NCBI GenBank assembly: GCA_026983835.1
Contig: JALSTH010000040.1
Coordinates: forward strand, 510 to 64,509
Length of the DNA stretch: 64,000 bases
Direction of reading: 5' to 3'
From: Candidatus Zixiibacteriota bacterium
Lineage (GTDB): Bacteria > Zixibacteria > MSB-5A5 > UM-FILTER-46-8
Each line of letters begins with the position of its first letter. The stretch's first letter is position 1. The position numbers were made by a program, and so were the translations under genes. Under the pieces are notes generated by a model, which was given only the letters and a program-made list of their open reading frames with translations, did not search any database and was not told where the DNA came from. Of this stretch, positions 19,957-31,132 are shown in pieces.

Positions 19957-20175
19957 TTATTTAGATTTACGATTCTCAACCTTAGCATACTTACGCCTAT
20001 ACCGTTCCACACGACCGGCGGTATCTACCAATTTCTGTTTGCCGGTGAAAAACGGATGGCAGGCGGAACAAATATCAAGCCTGATTTCCTTGATTGTGCT
20101 TCGTGTCTTAAATGTATTTCCGCAGGCGCAGGTTACGGTAATATCATAATACTTAGGATGTATTTTCGGTTTCAT
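19957..20175 (-). CDS. rpmE: 50S ribosomal protein L31 (Zn-binding type)
   Basis: [23 protein letters not shown]. Confidence 0.98.
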   Translation of the reverse strand: MKPKIHPKYYDITVTCACGNTFKTRSTIKEIRLDICSACHPFFTGKQKLVDTAGRVERYRRKYAKVENRKSK

Positions 20176-20406
20176 TTTCTCTCCGTTATTTATTTCGTCA
20201 TAAAACCTAGTTAATATACGAATTTTCTTCCTATAAGCAAGAAAGAATTTCTACCCTGTGATACACTTTCCCCGAATCTCAACAGCCCTAATTCTTCGTC
20301 TCTTATGAAAATAAGGCCTTCTCAAAATAAAAGTCTTGGAATCGGTGTATTTTAAATGCTAAAATATGTTTAAATGAATAAAGCACCTAATAACAATTAT
20401 GCTGAC

Positions 20407-20685
20407 TTATTCCCCGACAGCCGTACTTTGAGACCTAAACTTATTCAACCTTTTAGTCAATATCGATTTTTGGCGATCGGCTTTGCGATGGTGTATAATA
20501 TGTTTTTGGCCGGCCTTATCCAAAATGGAAAACGCACTTTTCAGAAGCTCCGTTTTTTTGGAAATATCGCTTTCGATTTCAAACTTTCTAATAGTATTTT
20601 TTATTTGTGTTTTGAATGCTCTATTTCTCAATCTAAACTGTTTTGATTGGCGGTTGCGTTTTGCTGCTTGACGATTGGTACCCAA
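20407..20685 (-). CDS. rpsT: 30S ribosomal protein S20
   Basis: AAKRNRQ...RNR, LDKAGQKHIIH..KADRQKS; TTG start at 20685 after GGAGG. Confidence 0.9.
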   Translation of the reverse strand: MGTNRQAAKRNRQSKQFRLRNRAFKTQIKNTIRKFEIESDISKKTELLKSAFSILDKAGQKHIIHHRKADRQKSILTKRLNKFRSQSTAVGE

Positions 20686-20758
20686 AAGTTCCTCCATACA
20701 TTTTTTTTATTTCTCAAACTAGTAAGATAACATTTATTTATGGGGTGTCAATAAAAAT

Positions 20759-22333
20759 TTGAACGGGGAAACAAAATCAGAAAAAGGGATTTCCCTATCC
20801 AAGGGAGTAGCTCGATTTTCAGGCGGGACACTAATATCAAGGGTTTTGGGGCTTGTGCGGGAGCAGGTATTCGCAATCCTCTTCGGGGCGGGGGTATATA
20901 CCGATGCCTTTTTCGCCGCCTTTAGGATACCCAATCTCTTACGGGATTTGTTTGCGGAAGGCGCATTATCCGCAGCTTTTATTCCCACATTTTCAAAAGA
21001 GAATTCGGACAAAGGCAAGCAGACCGCCTTCCAATTAGCAAACTTGGTTTTCACTTCGATGGCTATTATTGTCTCGGCAGTTTGTTTTTTGGGAATTATA
21101 ATCGCCCCGCTAATCGTCCATTTAATAGCTCCCGGATTTGCAAATGTGGAAGGTCAGATGGCTTTGACCGTCGTTATGACCCGAATTATGTTTCCGCTTC
21201 TGCTGTTTGTTTCACTATCCTCTATTGCGATGGGTATCCTTAATACCTATGGAATTTTTGGAATACCGGCATTAGCTCCGGTAATGTTTAATTTGGCAAT
21301 GATAGCCTGCGGAATTTTCCTTCGCGGGTATTTCGATCCCCCCATTATCGCAATGGCTGTGGGGGTTTTTATCGGGGGAGCGGGGCAATTGTCCTTTCAG
21401 ATACCGGCTTTATTAGCTATCGGTTTTCGTTTTAAGCTAAAAATCGACTTTCGAGACGAACGGTTGAAAAAAATCTTCCGCCTGATGCTTCCCGCATCTT
21501 TAGGGACCGCCGCCATTCAAATAAATATATTTGTAAACACTTTATTGGCATCGTTTTTGCCTCATGGCAGCTTATCATATTTGAACTACGGTTATCGATT
21601 GATGCATCTGCCTTTGGCACTCTTCGGCGTGGGAGTCGCCTCGGTAAGCCTGCCTCGATTTTCACTGGAATACTCATCTAATGATATTGACGGTTTGAAG
21701 GAGGAGTATATCTCTTCCTTAAGGTTTTCACTGTTTCTGATATTACCGGCGATGTCATTTATACTCGCCGGAGCATTTCCCATAGTCGGGACGATTTTCC
21801 AACATGGCAAATTCAGCTATTCCGATACAATAGCCACTGTCGGTGTTCTCAGATTATATGCTTCGGGGCTTTTCGCTTTTGCCACCGTGAGGATAACCTC
21901 TCAGGCATTTTTTGCGATGCACGATACCAAAACTCCAATGAAAACCGGCGTAATCGCTGTTGGAGTGAACATCATTTTGAATTTAATTTTAATGGGACCT
22001 TTCCAATATCTGGGACTGGCGGCGGCAACGACTATCGCCGGTATATTAAATATGACCATCTTGGTTTTTCTATTACGACGGCGGTTAGGGAGGATCGGCT
22101 TGCGGCAGTTGTTTGTCTTTGCCGTAAAAATCGTGGGGATAAACCTATCTTTAGCCATTGGTGTTTTATATATTTGCGCCAAGTTCGGCTTAAATTCCGG
22201 GGTGGTCGGGGGATGGACCGAAGGAATTATGTTGCTTGCATTAATTGTAGCTTATATAGTTGGATATATCGGTTTAAGTGCGCTTTTCGGGTTGAAGGAG
22301 TCGAGTAAAATAATCAAATTATTCAGGAAATAA
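20759..22333 (+). CDS. murJ: Lipid II flippase MurJ
   Basis: SRVLGLVRE, AFRIPNLLRDLFAEG. Confidence 0.96.
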   Translation: MNGETKSEKGISLSKGVARFSGGTLISRVLGLVREQVFAILFGAGVYTDAFFAAFRIPNLLRDLFAEGALSAAFIPTFSKENSDKGKQTAFQLANLVFTSMAIIVSAVCFLGIIIAPLIVHLIAPGFANVEGQMALTVVMTRIMFPLLLFVSLSSIAMGILNTYGIFGIPALAPVMFNLAMIACGIFLRGYFDPPIIAMAVGVFIGGAGQLSFQIPALLAIGFRFKLKIDFRDERLKKIFRLMLPASLGTAAIQINIFVNTLLASFLPHGSLSYLNYGYRLMHLPLALFGVGVASVSLPRFSLEYSSNDIDGLKEEYISSLRFSLFLILPAMSFILAGAFPIVGTIFQHGKFSYSDTIATVGVLRLYASGLFAFATVRITSQAFFAMHDTKTPMKTGVIAVGVNIILNLILMGPFQYLGLAAATTIAGILNMTILVFLLRRRLGRIGLRQLFVFAVKIVGINLSLAIGVLYICAKFGLNSGVVGGWTEGIMLLALIVAYIVGYIGLSALFGLKESSKIIKLFRK

Positions 22334-22337
22334 AACC

Positions 22338-23360
22338 GTGAAAACCTTAGTTATACAAACGGCTTTTTTGGGCGATTTGCTGTTGACTTTGCCGTTGGTT
22401 AAGGCATTAAAGCTTCAGGATGAAGATGGCGAAGTTCAGCTACTGATACGGGCGGGATATTCGGAAGTGTTGCAAAATAATCCCGACCTCTCCGATGTAT
22501 TGGAGTTGGATAAGGGGATCGGTAAAGGGATGACTACCAGCTCGGCGGTCGCTGAGATTAAGCGTCGAAAATTCGACAGGGCGATTATCCCCCATCGATC
22601 CCTGCGAAGTGCGTTAATCGCATATTTGGCAAACATTCCCGAAAGGATAGGATTTTTCTCCGCACCCGGGTATATCTTATATACCGAATCGGTCGAATAC
22701 CCTCCAACGGGACATCAAATCCTCAGAATGCTTGTTTTAGCAAAGGAAAAGGGAACGGATATCGAGCGCTTTCCCATTACGGTATTCCCCGATGATAATA
22801 ATTTTGATAAAGCCGATGATGTCATCTCCGGCATCATAGTCGGCAGGGCGGAAAATATCGCTGCTATCGCTCCGGGTTCGGTTTGGCCCACCAAGCGATG
22901 GCCCGTGGAATATTTTGCGGAATTGGGGAATTATCTTATCAGGGAACGCGACTTCCATCTGATTCTGACCGGCTCGAAGGATGACCGCGATATCTGTTTC
23001 GAGATAGGGGAACAGCTTCCGTCATCGGGATGGGCGATTACTGCGGGGGAGTTTTCAATTATGGATACTGCCGCCGTCTTTGCGCGCTCATCATTTGTCG
23101 TAGCAAATGATTCTGCGGCTGGACATCTTGCCTCCGCGGTCAACACTCCGGTACTCACGATTTATGGTCCGACGGTGCCGTCATTCGGTTTTTATCCCAT
23201 CGGGAAGGATAATATCATAGCCGAATATCGTCATTTGTATTGTCGTCCTTGCTCCAAACATGGACCCAGAAAATGTCCCGAGGAGCATTTCAAATGTATG
23301 CTTGAGTTGATCCCTGATTATGTTATCTCCTTGATGGATCCGCTACTTGAGGGAACTTAA
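22338..23360 (+). CDS. waaF: LPS heptosyltransferase II-like (GT9)
   Basis: QTAFLGD, APGSVWPTKRWP, NDSAAGHLA, CRPC. Confidence 0.8.
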   Translation: MKTLVIQTAFLGDLLLTLPLVKALKLQDEDGEVQLLIRAGYSEVLQNNPDLSDVLELDKGIGKGMTTSSAVAEIKRRKFDRAIIPHRSLRSALIAYLANIPERIGFFSAPGYILYTESVEYPPTGHQILRMLVLAKEKGTDIERFPITVFPDDNNFDKADDVISGIIVGRAENIAAIAPGSVWPTKRWPVEYFAELGNYLIRERDFHLILTGSKDDRDICFEIGEQLPSSGWAITAGEFSIMDTAAVFARSSFVVANDSAAGHLASAVNTPVLTIYGPTVPSFGFYPIGKDNIIAEYRHLYCRPCSKHGPRKCPEEHFKCMLELIPDYVISLMDPLLEGT

Positions 23361-23420
23361 TCGGTATTTCCGCAAAAGCGAGAAGCCGAAAGCGGGAGTG
23401 TTTTAAGATAGCAAACATTT

Positions 23421-24425
23421 ATGCTATCTTTACTTATTTTTTGTACTCAAATGGATAAATACATAAAACCCCCTAATTATGGAAAACAATTCTCGGTCGG
23501 GATCGTCGGCACTATTAATAACGATGTCGTAATGGGGGATGAGTCCGATTATAACGATTTGGGCGGTATTATGTACAATATCCTCGCTTTGCATTATTTG
23601 AGCGGCGGCAAAATCTTAATCAAACCTGTTACTTATTACGGATATGACATCGCCGAGAGACTTAATTATTACCTTCAGGATAAACCGAATATCTCCACCG
23701 AGAATCTACATAGATTGAATGTAAATAATCCTTTAGTGAAACTTTGGGATTTAGGCGATTTTGGGAAAAAGGAAATAAAACAATTCAGCTTGCCGGCTAT
23801 TCCTTCCAAGATGCTAACTTCGGTTATGGAGTGTGATTTAGTTTTGATTAACTATATTTCGGGACAGGATATCGAGGTCGATACCCTATTGAAATTCCGT
23901 GAAAGTTATAGCGGGTTGATTTATATCGATATTCACAGTTTGACCTTGGGAATTAAGGAGAACGGCGAGCGATATTACCGTCAGCCCCAGAGATGGAAGG
24001 AAATAATAACCTGCGGGGATATGATCCAGATGAATTTGATGGAGGCTCGGACCTTATTGGGATATAACAATATCGGTGCCGATGAATTGGGCGATGACAT
24101 TTTAAATCCGATATTGACGGAGTTTACGAAATATGGCGCCAAGGCTGTTTTGTTGACACTTGGTGATAATGGGGCAAAAATATCTTTTGGGGAGGGGGGA
24201 AAAGTCTCCATATATGATTCGGTCCCGAAGATAACAGAACCTACGAAAGGCGAAGCGACAGGTTGTGGGGATATTTTTGCGGCGGCGTTTATCCTCTCTA
24301 TTTTGAATGGGAGGGGCTATCCCGCCTCCCTTGATTATGCGGTCGCCGCCGCTACCGAGAAATATAAAGCCCCGGGACTTGCGGGGACTGAAAAACTTAA
24401 AAGTTTTCAATTCCAATTGCGGTAA
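23421..24425 (+). CDS. PfkB-family carbohydrate kinase
   Basis: QMNLMEA, LTLGDNGA, TGCGDIFAA; start uncertain. Confidence 0.8.
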   Translation: MLSLLIFCTQMDKYIKPPNYGKQFSVGIVGTINNDVVMGDESDYNDLGGIMYNILALHYLSGGKILIKPVTYYGYDIAERLNYYLQDKPNISTENLHRLNVNNPLVKLWDLGDFGKKEIKQFSLPAIPSKMLTSVMECDLVLINYISGQDIEVDTLLKFRESYSGLIYIDIHSLTLGIKENGERYYRQPQRWKEIITCGDMIQMNLMEARTLLGYNNIGADELGDDILNPILTEFTKYGAKAVLLTLGDNGAKISFGEGGKVSIYDSVPKITEPTKGEATGCGDIFAAAFILSILNGRGYPASLDYAVAAATEKYKAPGLAGTEKLKSFQFQLR

Positions 24426-24490
24426 ATTATTAATTGATTATCGCCGGGAATACGATTATCTTTTCGGGGGTACAGTAAAGGAGTGTGCTT

Positions 24491-24934
24491 ATGAAAATTG
24501 CAATCGGTTCCGATCACGCCGGTTATGAATTAAAGGAAAAAGTCAAACGATACCTCAAAAGCAGGGGACATAATATCAATGACTTCGGGACGGACTCCAT
24601 AAAATCCGTCGATTACCCGGATTACGCTTATAAAGTTGCCAAAGGTGTCGCCGATGGCGAATTCGAGCGTGGTGTCCTGATATGTTGGACAGGGAATGGA
24701 ATGACTATCGCCGCCAATAAGGTTCGGGGCGTTCGTGCCGCCTTGTGTCTGAATGAACGGATGGCGGAGTTGGCGAGGAAACATAACGATGCGAGAATAC
24801 TTTGCATGGCGTCCCTATTTTTAGGCGAGGAGGAAGCTTATGAGATTGCCGATAAGTTTTTTGGTTCGAATTTCGAGGGGGGTCGTCATTCCCGCAGGAT
24901 CGGGAAAATCGAAGAGTACGAATGCAAAGATTGA
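24491..24934 (+). CDS. rpiB: Ribose-5-phosphate isomerase B
   Basis: GSDHAG, DYPD, CWTGNG, HNDA, FEGGRH. Confidence 0.95.
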   Translation: MKIAIGSDHAGYELKEKVKRYLKSRGHNINDFGTDSIKSVDYPDYAYKVAKGVADGEFERGVLICWTGNGMTIAANKVRGVRAALCLNERMAELARKHNDARILCMASLFLGEEEAYEIADKFFGSNFEGGRHSRRIGKIEEYECKD

Positions 24935-24960
24935 GAATTTAAGTTAAACGGAGCTTTTAT

Positions 24961-26208
24961 ATGTCTGAATTACAAAATGTCGATCTGAAAATATACGAAG
25001 CCATAAAAAATGAAACCCGCCGTCAAGCGAATACATTGGAGCTGATAGCTTCGGAGAATTTCGTTTCGCGTGCAGTCTTGGAGGCTATGGGTTCGGTGAT
25101 GACCAATAAATACGCCGAAGGTTATCCCGGAAAACGATACTACGGCGGTTGCGAGTTTGTAGATGTAGCCGAAGATTTAGCTCGCGAGAGGGCTAAAGAG
25201 CTTTTCAGGTGTGAACATGTCAATGTCCAACCGCATTCCGGTTCGCAAGCCAATATGGCGGTTTATTTCGCAACGCTTCAGCCCGGGGATACGATTTTAG
25301 GTTTGAACCTTTCACACGGCGGACACCTTACGCACGGTCATCCAATCAACTTTTCCGGAAGGTTCTTCAATGTCGTTTCATACGGGGTCAATAAAGATAC
25401 CGAAGTAATCGATTATGATGAGCTGAGAGAAATCGCTCTAAAGGCTAAGCCAAAGATGATTATCGGGGGTGCATCGGCATATCCCCGCACTCTCGATTTT
25501 CCGAAATTTCGGGAAATAAGCGATGAGGTTGGGGCGCTTTTAATGGTGGATATCGCTCATATCGCCGGGCTTATCGTAGCCGGATTACATCCTTCACCGA
25601 TTCCGTATGCGGATTTTGTAACCACCACAACTCATAAAACCCTTCGCGGTCCTCGCGGCGGTATGATAATGTGCAAAGAAAAATATGCCGCCGATTTGGA
25701 TCGCACAGTTATGCCCGGAATACAGGGCGGACCGCTGATGCATATAATCGCCGCTAAGGCTGTTGCCTTCAAAGAAGCGATGAGGCCCGAGTTCAAAGAA
25801 TATCAAAAGCAGATTATAGCCAACGCCAAAGCCCTGGCGAAAAAATTATCCTCGCGCGGTTTGAGACTTGTCACCGGCGGCACGGATACCCATTTGATGT
25901 TGGTAAACTTTATCGACAAGGGTATCTCGGGGAAGAAAGTTGAGAAAGCATTGGAGAAAGCGGGGATTACGGTGAATAAAAATACAGTCCCCTTCGATCC
26001 CAAAAAGCCGTTCGTAACTTCCGGGATAAGAATTGGCACGCCTGCGATTACCACCCGTGGAATGAAGGAAGCTGAGATGGAAATAATCGGCGATTTGATA
26101 GCTGATACCATCGAGCATATCGGGGATGAGGAATATTTTCCGAAGGTCAAGGAAAAGGTGCAAAAACTTTGCGCTGCTTTCCCGCTTTACGAAGATATGT
26201 ATTTGTAG
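24961..26208 (+). CDS. glyA: Serine hydroxymethyltransferase
   Basis: [27 protein letters not shown]. Confidence 0.99.
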   Translation: MSELQNVDLKIYEAIKNETRRQANTLELIASENFVSRAVLEAMGSVMTNKYAEGYPGKRYYGGCEFVDVAEDLARERAKELFRCEHVNVQPHSGSQANMAVYFATLQPGDTILGLNLSHGGHLTHGHPINFSGRFFNVVSYGVNKDTEVIDYDELREIALKAKPKMIIGGASAYPRTLDFPKFREISDEVGALLMVDIAHIAGLIVAGLHPSPIPYADFVTTTTHKTLRGPRGGMIMCKEKYAADLDRTVMPGIQGGPLMHIIAAKAVAFKEAMRPEFKEYQKQIIANAKALAKKLSSRGLRLVTGGTDTHLMLVNFIDKGISGKKVEKALEKAGITVNKNTVPFDPKKPFVTSGIRIGTPAITTRGMKEAEMEIIGDLIADTIEHIGDEEYFPKVKEKVQKLCAAFPLYEDMYL

Positions 26209-26217
26209 GGAGTAATT

Positions 26218-26523
26218 ATGTTAGCTGAATTTTCCGTAGCGCCGACCGGAGTCGGCGAATCCTTATCCGAATATGTAGCGAAGATTATGGATGTTATCGA
26301 TAAATCCGGGCTTGAATATAAAGCTGGTCCTATGGGGACTGTTGTCGAAGGTGATTGGGATGAGGTTATGGATTTGATTAAGCGATGTCATTTTACGATG
26401 ATGGAATTCTCAAACAGGGTTTACACTCGAATAGCCATCGATGATAGAAAAGGCGCAACCGGTAGAATCGAAGGGAAAATTGCGGATGTGGAGAAGCACC
26501 TAATCCGTAAGTTAAAGAAATAA
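26218..26523 (+). CDS. MTH1187/YkoF-family thiamine-binding protein
   Basis: FSVAP, GPMGTVVEG, IDDRKG. Confidence 0.88.
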   Translation: MLAEFSVAPTGVGESLSEYVAKIMDVIDKSGLEYKAGPMGTVVEGDWDEVMDLIKRCHFTMMEFSNRVYTRIAIDDRKGATGRIEGKIADVEKHLIRKLKK

Positions 26524-26536
26524 AAGGACTTCCTCG

Positions 26537-26866
26537 ATGGATAATAATGAGATCAGTATCATATTTTCAACGGCTCCGGATGAAGCCGAAGCGTCTCTGA
26601 TCGCAGAGAGGTTGATCGAAAGCGGTTCTGTCGCTTGTTGTAATATAATCCCGGGGATAAAATCCATCTACCGCTGGAAAGGCGAAATCAAAAAGGACGA
26701 TGAATGTATGCTGATTATCAAAACATCCAAATCGGAAGTCGGGAAGGTTATTGCGGAGATAAAAAGCCTCCATTCCTACGAAGTTCCGGAGATCATAAGC
26801 ATCCCCGTAATCGAAGGGAATGAAGATTATATCCAATGGGTAAAATCGATTACAAAAGGTGGATGA
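26537..26866 (+). CDS. cutA: Divalent-cation tolerance protein CutA
   Basis: ACCNIIP, SIYRWKG, HSYEVPEI. Confidence 0.95.
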   Translation: MDNNEISIIFSTAPDEAEASLIAERLIESGSVACCNIIPGIKSIYRWKGEIKKDDECMLIIKTSKSEVGKVIAEIKSLHSYEVPEIISIPVIEGNEDYIQWVKSITKGG

Positions 26867-26867
26867 T

Positions 26868-27299
26868 ATGAAATCGTTCAAGATTAAAGATGGTTATCTC
26901 CTCCGTTTGGACAAAGGAGAAGAAGTCGTAAACTCAATTTTGGAATTTGTGAAGGATTCCGGGATGAAATCGGCAACCGTCTCCGCAATCGGTTCTTTGA
27001 CCGATTGTGTGTTAGGTTATTTCGACCGAGATAAAAAAACATATATACATAAAAACTTCAATGATGTTTACGAGTTGGTTTCGCTGATGGGTAATATCAC
27101 TTTTTTTGACGATCAGCCGATACTTCACGCCCATATCTGTCTCGGTGATATGCACTGCAACATATATGGGGGACATCTGTTTTCGGCGACGGTGGCTGTT
27201 ACTGCGGAGGTTTTTCTTTTGGAGGCGGGCATAGCGGTCAACCGTTCTTTAGTTGGGGAGTTCGGACTTAATCTAATCGATTCTGAGAAAAATGATTAG
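26868..27299 (+). CDS. DUF296/PPC-domain protein
   Basis: ELVSLMGN, HAHI, YGGHL. Confidence 0.9.
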   Translation: MKSFKIKDGYLLRLDKGEEVVNSILEFVKDSGMKSATVSAIGSLTDCVLGYFDRDKKTYIHKNFNDVYELVSLMGNITFFDDQPILHAHICLGDMHCNIYGGHLFSATVAVTAEVFLLEAGIAVNRSLVGEFGLNLIDSEKND

Positions 27300-28098
27300 A
27301 CCCTCCGGCATAATAACGATTATAACCGATTTCGGCGACACCGATTATTTTGTCGGTGCGGTTAAGGGCGCAATGGTCACCATAAATCCGGTAGCGAATA
27401 TTATTGATATTACCAACAATATCCGCCCGGGAGATATTCGGCAGGCATCTTTTGTGTTAATGAATAGTTTCTCCGAGTTCCCTTCTGGTACAATTCATTA
27501 TTGCGTGGTCGATCCGGGGGTCGGATCACGGCGTAAGGCTTTGATAGTCGATGACGGTGATTATTTTTTTGTAGCCCCCGATAACGGAGTAGTCTATCCA
27601 TCCATTGAGGGCGGGGATTTTCGAGCCTATGAGATTTCAAAGATAGGGCGCCGAAAGCCGGGAGCGATATCATCGACTTTTCACGGCAGGGATATATTCG
27701 CTCCGGCGGCCTCATTGCTGTCCAAGGGAATTGATATGGGATTAATCGGTGAACCGATCGAAGAGATAGAACATTATCACTTCCCGGTGCCGAAACAAAG
27801 TGATGCCGTTTTGCTCGGCGAAATAATCCATATCGACCATTTTGGGAATCTTATCACCAATTTCCGAAGGGATAATCTATCAGAACTTAGAAAACCGATT
27901 TTTCGGACAAACGAAAGGGATATCTCTGAAAGCCGCTTATATTATCAAGAGGACAAAAGTAAAGCCCCCTTTTACATCGAGGGATCGAGCGGGTATATGG
28001 AGATTTCGGTTTGCAATTCGAGGGCTGATGTGGTATTAGGTTCCGCTGTTGGCGATATAGTGATTTTATTGGATGGAGCCGATGAAAAGACGGATTAG
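27292..28098 (+). CDS. SAM hydrolase/halogenase family (DUF62)
   Basis: [27 protein letters not shown]. Confidence 0.92.
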   Translation: MIRPSGIITIITDFGDTDYFVGAVKGAMVTINPVANIIDITNNIRPGDIRQASFVLMNSFSEFPSGTIHYCVVDPGVGSRRKALIVDDGDYFFVAPDNGVVYPSIEGGDFRAYEISKIGRRKPGAISSTFHGRDIFAPAASLLSKGIDMGLIGEPIEEIEHYHFPVPKQSDAVLLGEIIHIDHFGNLITNFRRDNLSELRKPIFRTNERDISESRLYYQEDKSKAPFYIEGSSGYMEISVCNSRADVVLGSAVGDIVILLDGADEKTD

Positions 28099-28606
28099 AC
28101 CCAGTTGGGATGAATATTTTATGAGCGTCGCCGAATTAGTGAGCCAGCGCTCGACCTGCTTGCGAAGGCAGGTTGGGGCGGTTATTGTTAAGGATAAAAA
28201 GATACTGTCAACCGGTTATAACGGTGCTCCTTCGGGATTGCCGCATTGTCTCGATATAGGATGTTTGCGGACTGCTCTGAAAATCCCTTCGGGGGAACGG
28301 CATGAGCTTTGTCGGGCGATACACGCCGAACAGAATGCTATTGTCCAAGCGGCGTCTTTCGGAGTATCGATAAGGGGAGCCACCTTATATTCTACGACTT
28401 ACCCCTGTAGTTTGTGCAGCAAAATGATAATCAACGCCGGTATGGTTGAGATAGTCGTCAGGGATGGATACCCTGATGAGATGTCTATAGAGATGCTTGC
28501 TCAAGCGAAAATCAAAGTCAGGATGTTTACCGCTTCCGCCTCTGCGAACAATTCGGATGAGGATGAGGAGTCAGTGCGAATTAATAAAGATGGGGGGATG
28601 AAATGA
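28082..28606 (+). CDS. dCMP deaminase (ComEB-like)
   Basis: WDEYFM, RSTC, HAEQNA, PCSLC. Confidence 0.93.
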   Translation: MKRRIRPSWDEYFMSVAELVSQRSTCLRRQVGAVIVKDKKILSTGYNGAPSGLPHCLDIGCLRTALKIPSGERHELCRAIHAEQNAIVQAASFGVSIRGATLYSTTYPCSLCSKMIINAGMVEIVVRDGYPDEMSIEMLAQAKIKVRMFTASASANNSDEDEESVRINKDGGMK

Positions 28607-29055
28607 AATGTCCTTACTGCGGTTGCCAATCCGATAAAGTAGTTGATTCGCGGACCGCCGCAGACGGAGAAGCTGTGCGACGCCGGAGGGAATGCACCGC
28701 TTGCGGAAAGCGATTTACCACTTATGAATACATCGAGAGAGTAAGCCTGCAGGTGGCGAAAAATGATGGCACGCGGGAAGATTACAATCGTGGCAAGTTG
28801 ATTCAAGGTATGGTCTTAGCCTGTAAAAAAAGACCTATTTCGAGGGAATCTCTGGAGAATATAGCTGATGATATCGAAAGCAAACTCTTTGAAGTCTCCA
28901 AAGGCGAAGTATCTTCTCGTCAGATAGGAGAGTTGGTGATGGAAAAGCTCAAAGGTCTCGATGAGATAGCCTATGTCCGTTTCGCCTCCGTTTATAGAAA
29001 ATTCAAGGACAAATCGGAATTCCTCAAGGAATTGAATGATCTTTTGAGGGAATAA
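28603..29055 (+). CDS. nrdR: Transcriptional repressor NrdR
   Basis: [20 protein letters not shown]. Confidence 0.98.
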   Translation: MKCPYCGCQSDKVVDSRTAADGEAVRRRRECTACGKRFTTYEYIERVSLQVAKNDGTREDYNRGKLIQGMVLACKKRPISRESLENIADDIESKLFEVSKGEVSSRQIGELVMEKLKGLDEIAYVRFASVYRKFKDKSEFLKELNDLLRE

Positions 29056-29061
29056 AGATAT

Positions 29062-29784
29062 ATGCGTTCCGATAACAAAGAAATGCCCTTTTTGGATCAT
29101 CTTGAAGAATTGCGGATGCGCATAATAAAAGCGGTGGCGGCGATAATTATTTTAGCCATTATTGCTTTTTTTTTCACCGACTTCCTCTTTCAATTTCTCC
29201 AACTCCCACTTAAAAAGGGGACCCCCGGGATTCAACTCCATTTTTTCGGAATTACCGAAGCATTTATGACCCGAATAAAATTGGCTCTTTTGACGGGATT
29301 ATTTGTCGGGATGCCGATAGTCCTTTTTCAGCTTTGGCAGTTCGTAGTGCCCGGCTTATTTGAATCGGAGAGAAGGGTCGCCTTTCCCCTAATAATCTTC
29401 TCGACCTTTTTTTTCCTTTTGGGAGCGTCATTTTGTTTTTTCGTGGTCGCACGATATGGATTACGCTATTTAATTTTAATTAACTCACCCCCTAATACGG
29501 AACCAGTTATCGGGTTAGGGGCTTATTTCTCATTTATTATGTGGTTGATGATTGCCTTCGGTGCTGTTTTCGAACTGCCGGTAATCGCTTTCTTTTTGGG
29601 ACGATTGGGTATTATCAACGCCAAAATGATGGCAAAAGGAAGACGATATGCCATCATAGCGATCTTAGCGGTCTCGGCATTTATCACCCCTCCGGATGTC
29701 TTTACACAGATTACTCTGAGTATTCCTCTATTCTTGCTTTATGAATTAAGTATAATAGTAGTCAGAATTACAGGAAGAAAATAA
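29062..29784 (+). CDS. tatC: Twin-arginine translocase subunit TatC
   Basis: HLEELR, FELP, ITPPD. Confidence 0.97.
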   Translation: MRSDNKEMPFLDHLEELRMRIIKAVAAIIILAIIAFFFTDFLFQFLQLPLKKGTPGIQLHFFGITEAFMTRIKLALLTGLFVGMPIVLFQLWQFVVPGLFESERRVAFPLIIFSTFFFLLGASFCFFVVARYGLRYLILINSPPNTEPVIGLGAYFSFIMWLMIAFGAVFELPVIAFFLGRLGIINAKMMAKGRRYAIIAILAVSAFITPPDVFTQITLSIPLFLLYELSIIVVRITGRK

Positions 29785-29811
29785 TCTGTTTATGCGGAAT
29801 TATTTCTCCGA

Positions 29812-31122
29812 TTATTTTTCCGTGGAATCCATAGCGGTGGCTAATTTTTTTATCTCACTTTGTATTCGGCGAACCTGCGAGTTAAGTCGTTCTATTCTAT
29901 CCTTTATACTTTCCTCGCTTTCTATGGGAAAGGGTTCGGATACACCCTTTATCCGCCCAATAATATCTTGAGGGGAAGCTGACTGTAGAAATGCGCTGGG
30001 AAATGACATTGCCGAAAGTGATGGTGTAAGACATTGCCGCACCTCACCGATTTCCGCCCTTATATTTTTCAGATTATTATCACGGAGCAGAGCTATCTCC
30101 ACAGTATCGCCGGGAGGTGTTGTCTTGACATAATAATAAAACTGATTCAAACCTGAGACATCCTTTCCGTCGTAGAGAATTATATAATCGTTTGGCTTAA
30201 TCCCCGCCTTATCCGCGGGACTGCCTTCCACCACCGATTTTACTTGAATAAGCTTGGTGTTTGCAACATTGGGTATCCTTTTGCGCACTTCTTTTGGGGT
30301 AACCCCCAAAAAACCATAAAGGATTTCCCCTCTTTCATCTATCTGCTTCAAAACTGTCAAAATATCACCCACGGGTGTTGCCGATACGGCATTCGGGGTA
30401 GGCAAAGGTATTTGATAATTATTCCCTTTTGATGAAGATCCCCCCCCATAATCAGTTAATGGCGCCATCGCCAACTTCGCCAATGATGAAACCCCCAAGC
30501 TGATATATTCGGGTTTTTTTCCGGTTAAGACACCTACTAATTCGCCGGAGATATTAACCACCGCACCTCCGGAAAAACCCGGCGTTAAATTCGCTAAAAT
30601 TTTCAGTTTTCCGCTTTTATCATCGAACCCGTTGAAAGTGCCAACAGTGGACGCCATCGAAACATCCACGGTATTACCGATTATCACCAAATAATTCCCC
30701 GGCCTTAACTCCTCCACATTACCAGTTTCTATCGGTTGGAGAGTTTTATCATCAGCCTTCAATAAGGCAATTCCCCTTAGCCTATCGATACCGACCAAAT
30801 CCACATTGAGAGTCTTGTTATCGGCTGTCAGAATCCTGATACTATCCTTGCCATCGACCAATGAAGAGCAGGTGATAATATAATTGTTACTGAAAATTAT
30901 GCCTGTGCCGGTAACCGTAAATTTGGAACCGCCGACACCTTTTGTCGGGAAATCAGCTTCCACCACAACCATCGATTGCCTGACCTTATCCACAATCGTG
31001 GAAATTTCATTATTGAGCATTTCAAGCATACGAGGTTTTTCGGCTTTTTGAGGTTTTGCACTGCCAAAGCCGATCAGCAATATCGATACGGCTAAGAATA
31101 TTTTTAGGGTTCGCTTATACAT
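29812..31122 (-). CDS. HtrA/DegP-like trypsin + PDZ protein, catalytic triad apparently degenerate
   Basis: Signal peptide; GTGII, PGFSGGA, PDZ GFLGV and SPADKAGI; His and Asp motifs replaced. Confidence 0.82.
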   Translation of the reverse strand: MYKRTLKIFLAVSILLIGFGSAKPQKAEKPRMLEMLNNEISTIVDKVRQSMVVVEADFPTKGVGGSKFTVTGTGIIFSNNYIITCSSLVDGKDSIRILTADNKTLNVDLVGIDRLRGIALLKADDKTLQPIETGNVEELRPGNYLVIIGNTVDVSMASTVGTFNGFDDKSGKLKILANLTPGFSGGAVVNISGELVGVLTGKKPEYISLGVSSLAKLAMAPLTDYGGGSSSKGNNYQIPLPTPNAVSATPVGDILTVLKQIDERGEILYGFLGVTPKEVRKRIPNVANTKLIQVKSVVEGSPADKAGIKPNDYIILYDGKDVSGLNQFYYYVKTTPPGDTVEIALLRDNNLKNIRAEIGEVRQCLTPSLSAMSFPSAFLQSASPQDIIGRIKGVSEPFPIESEESIKDRIERLNSQVRRIQSEIKKLATAMDSTEK

Positions 31123-31132
31123 AACAATAAAA

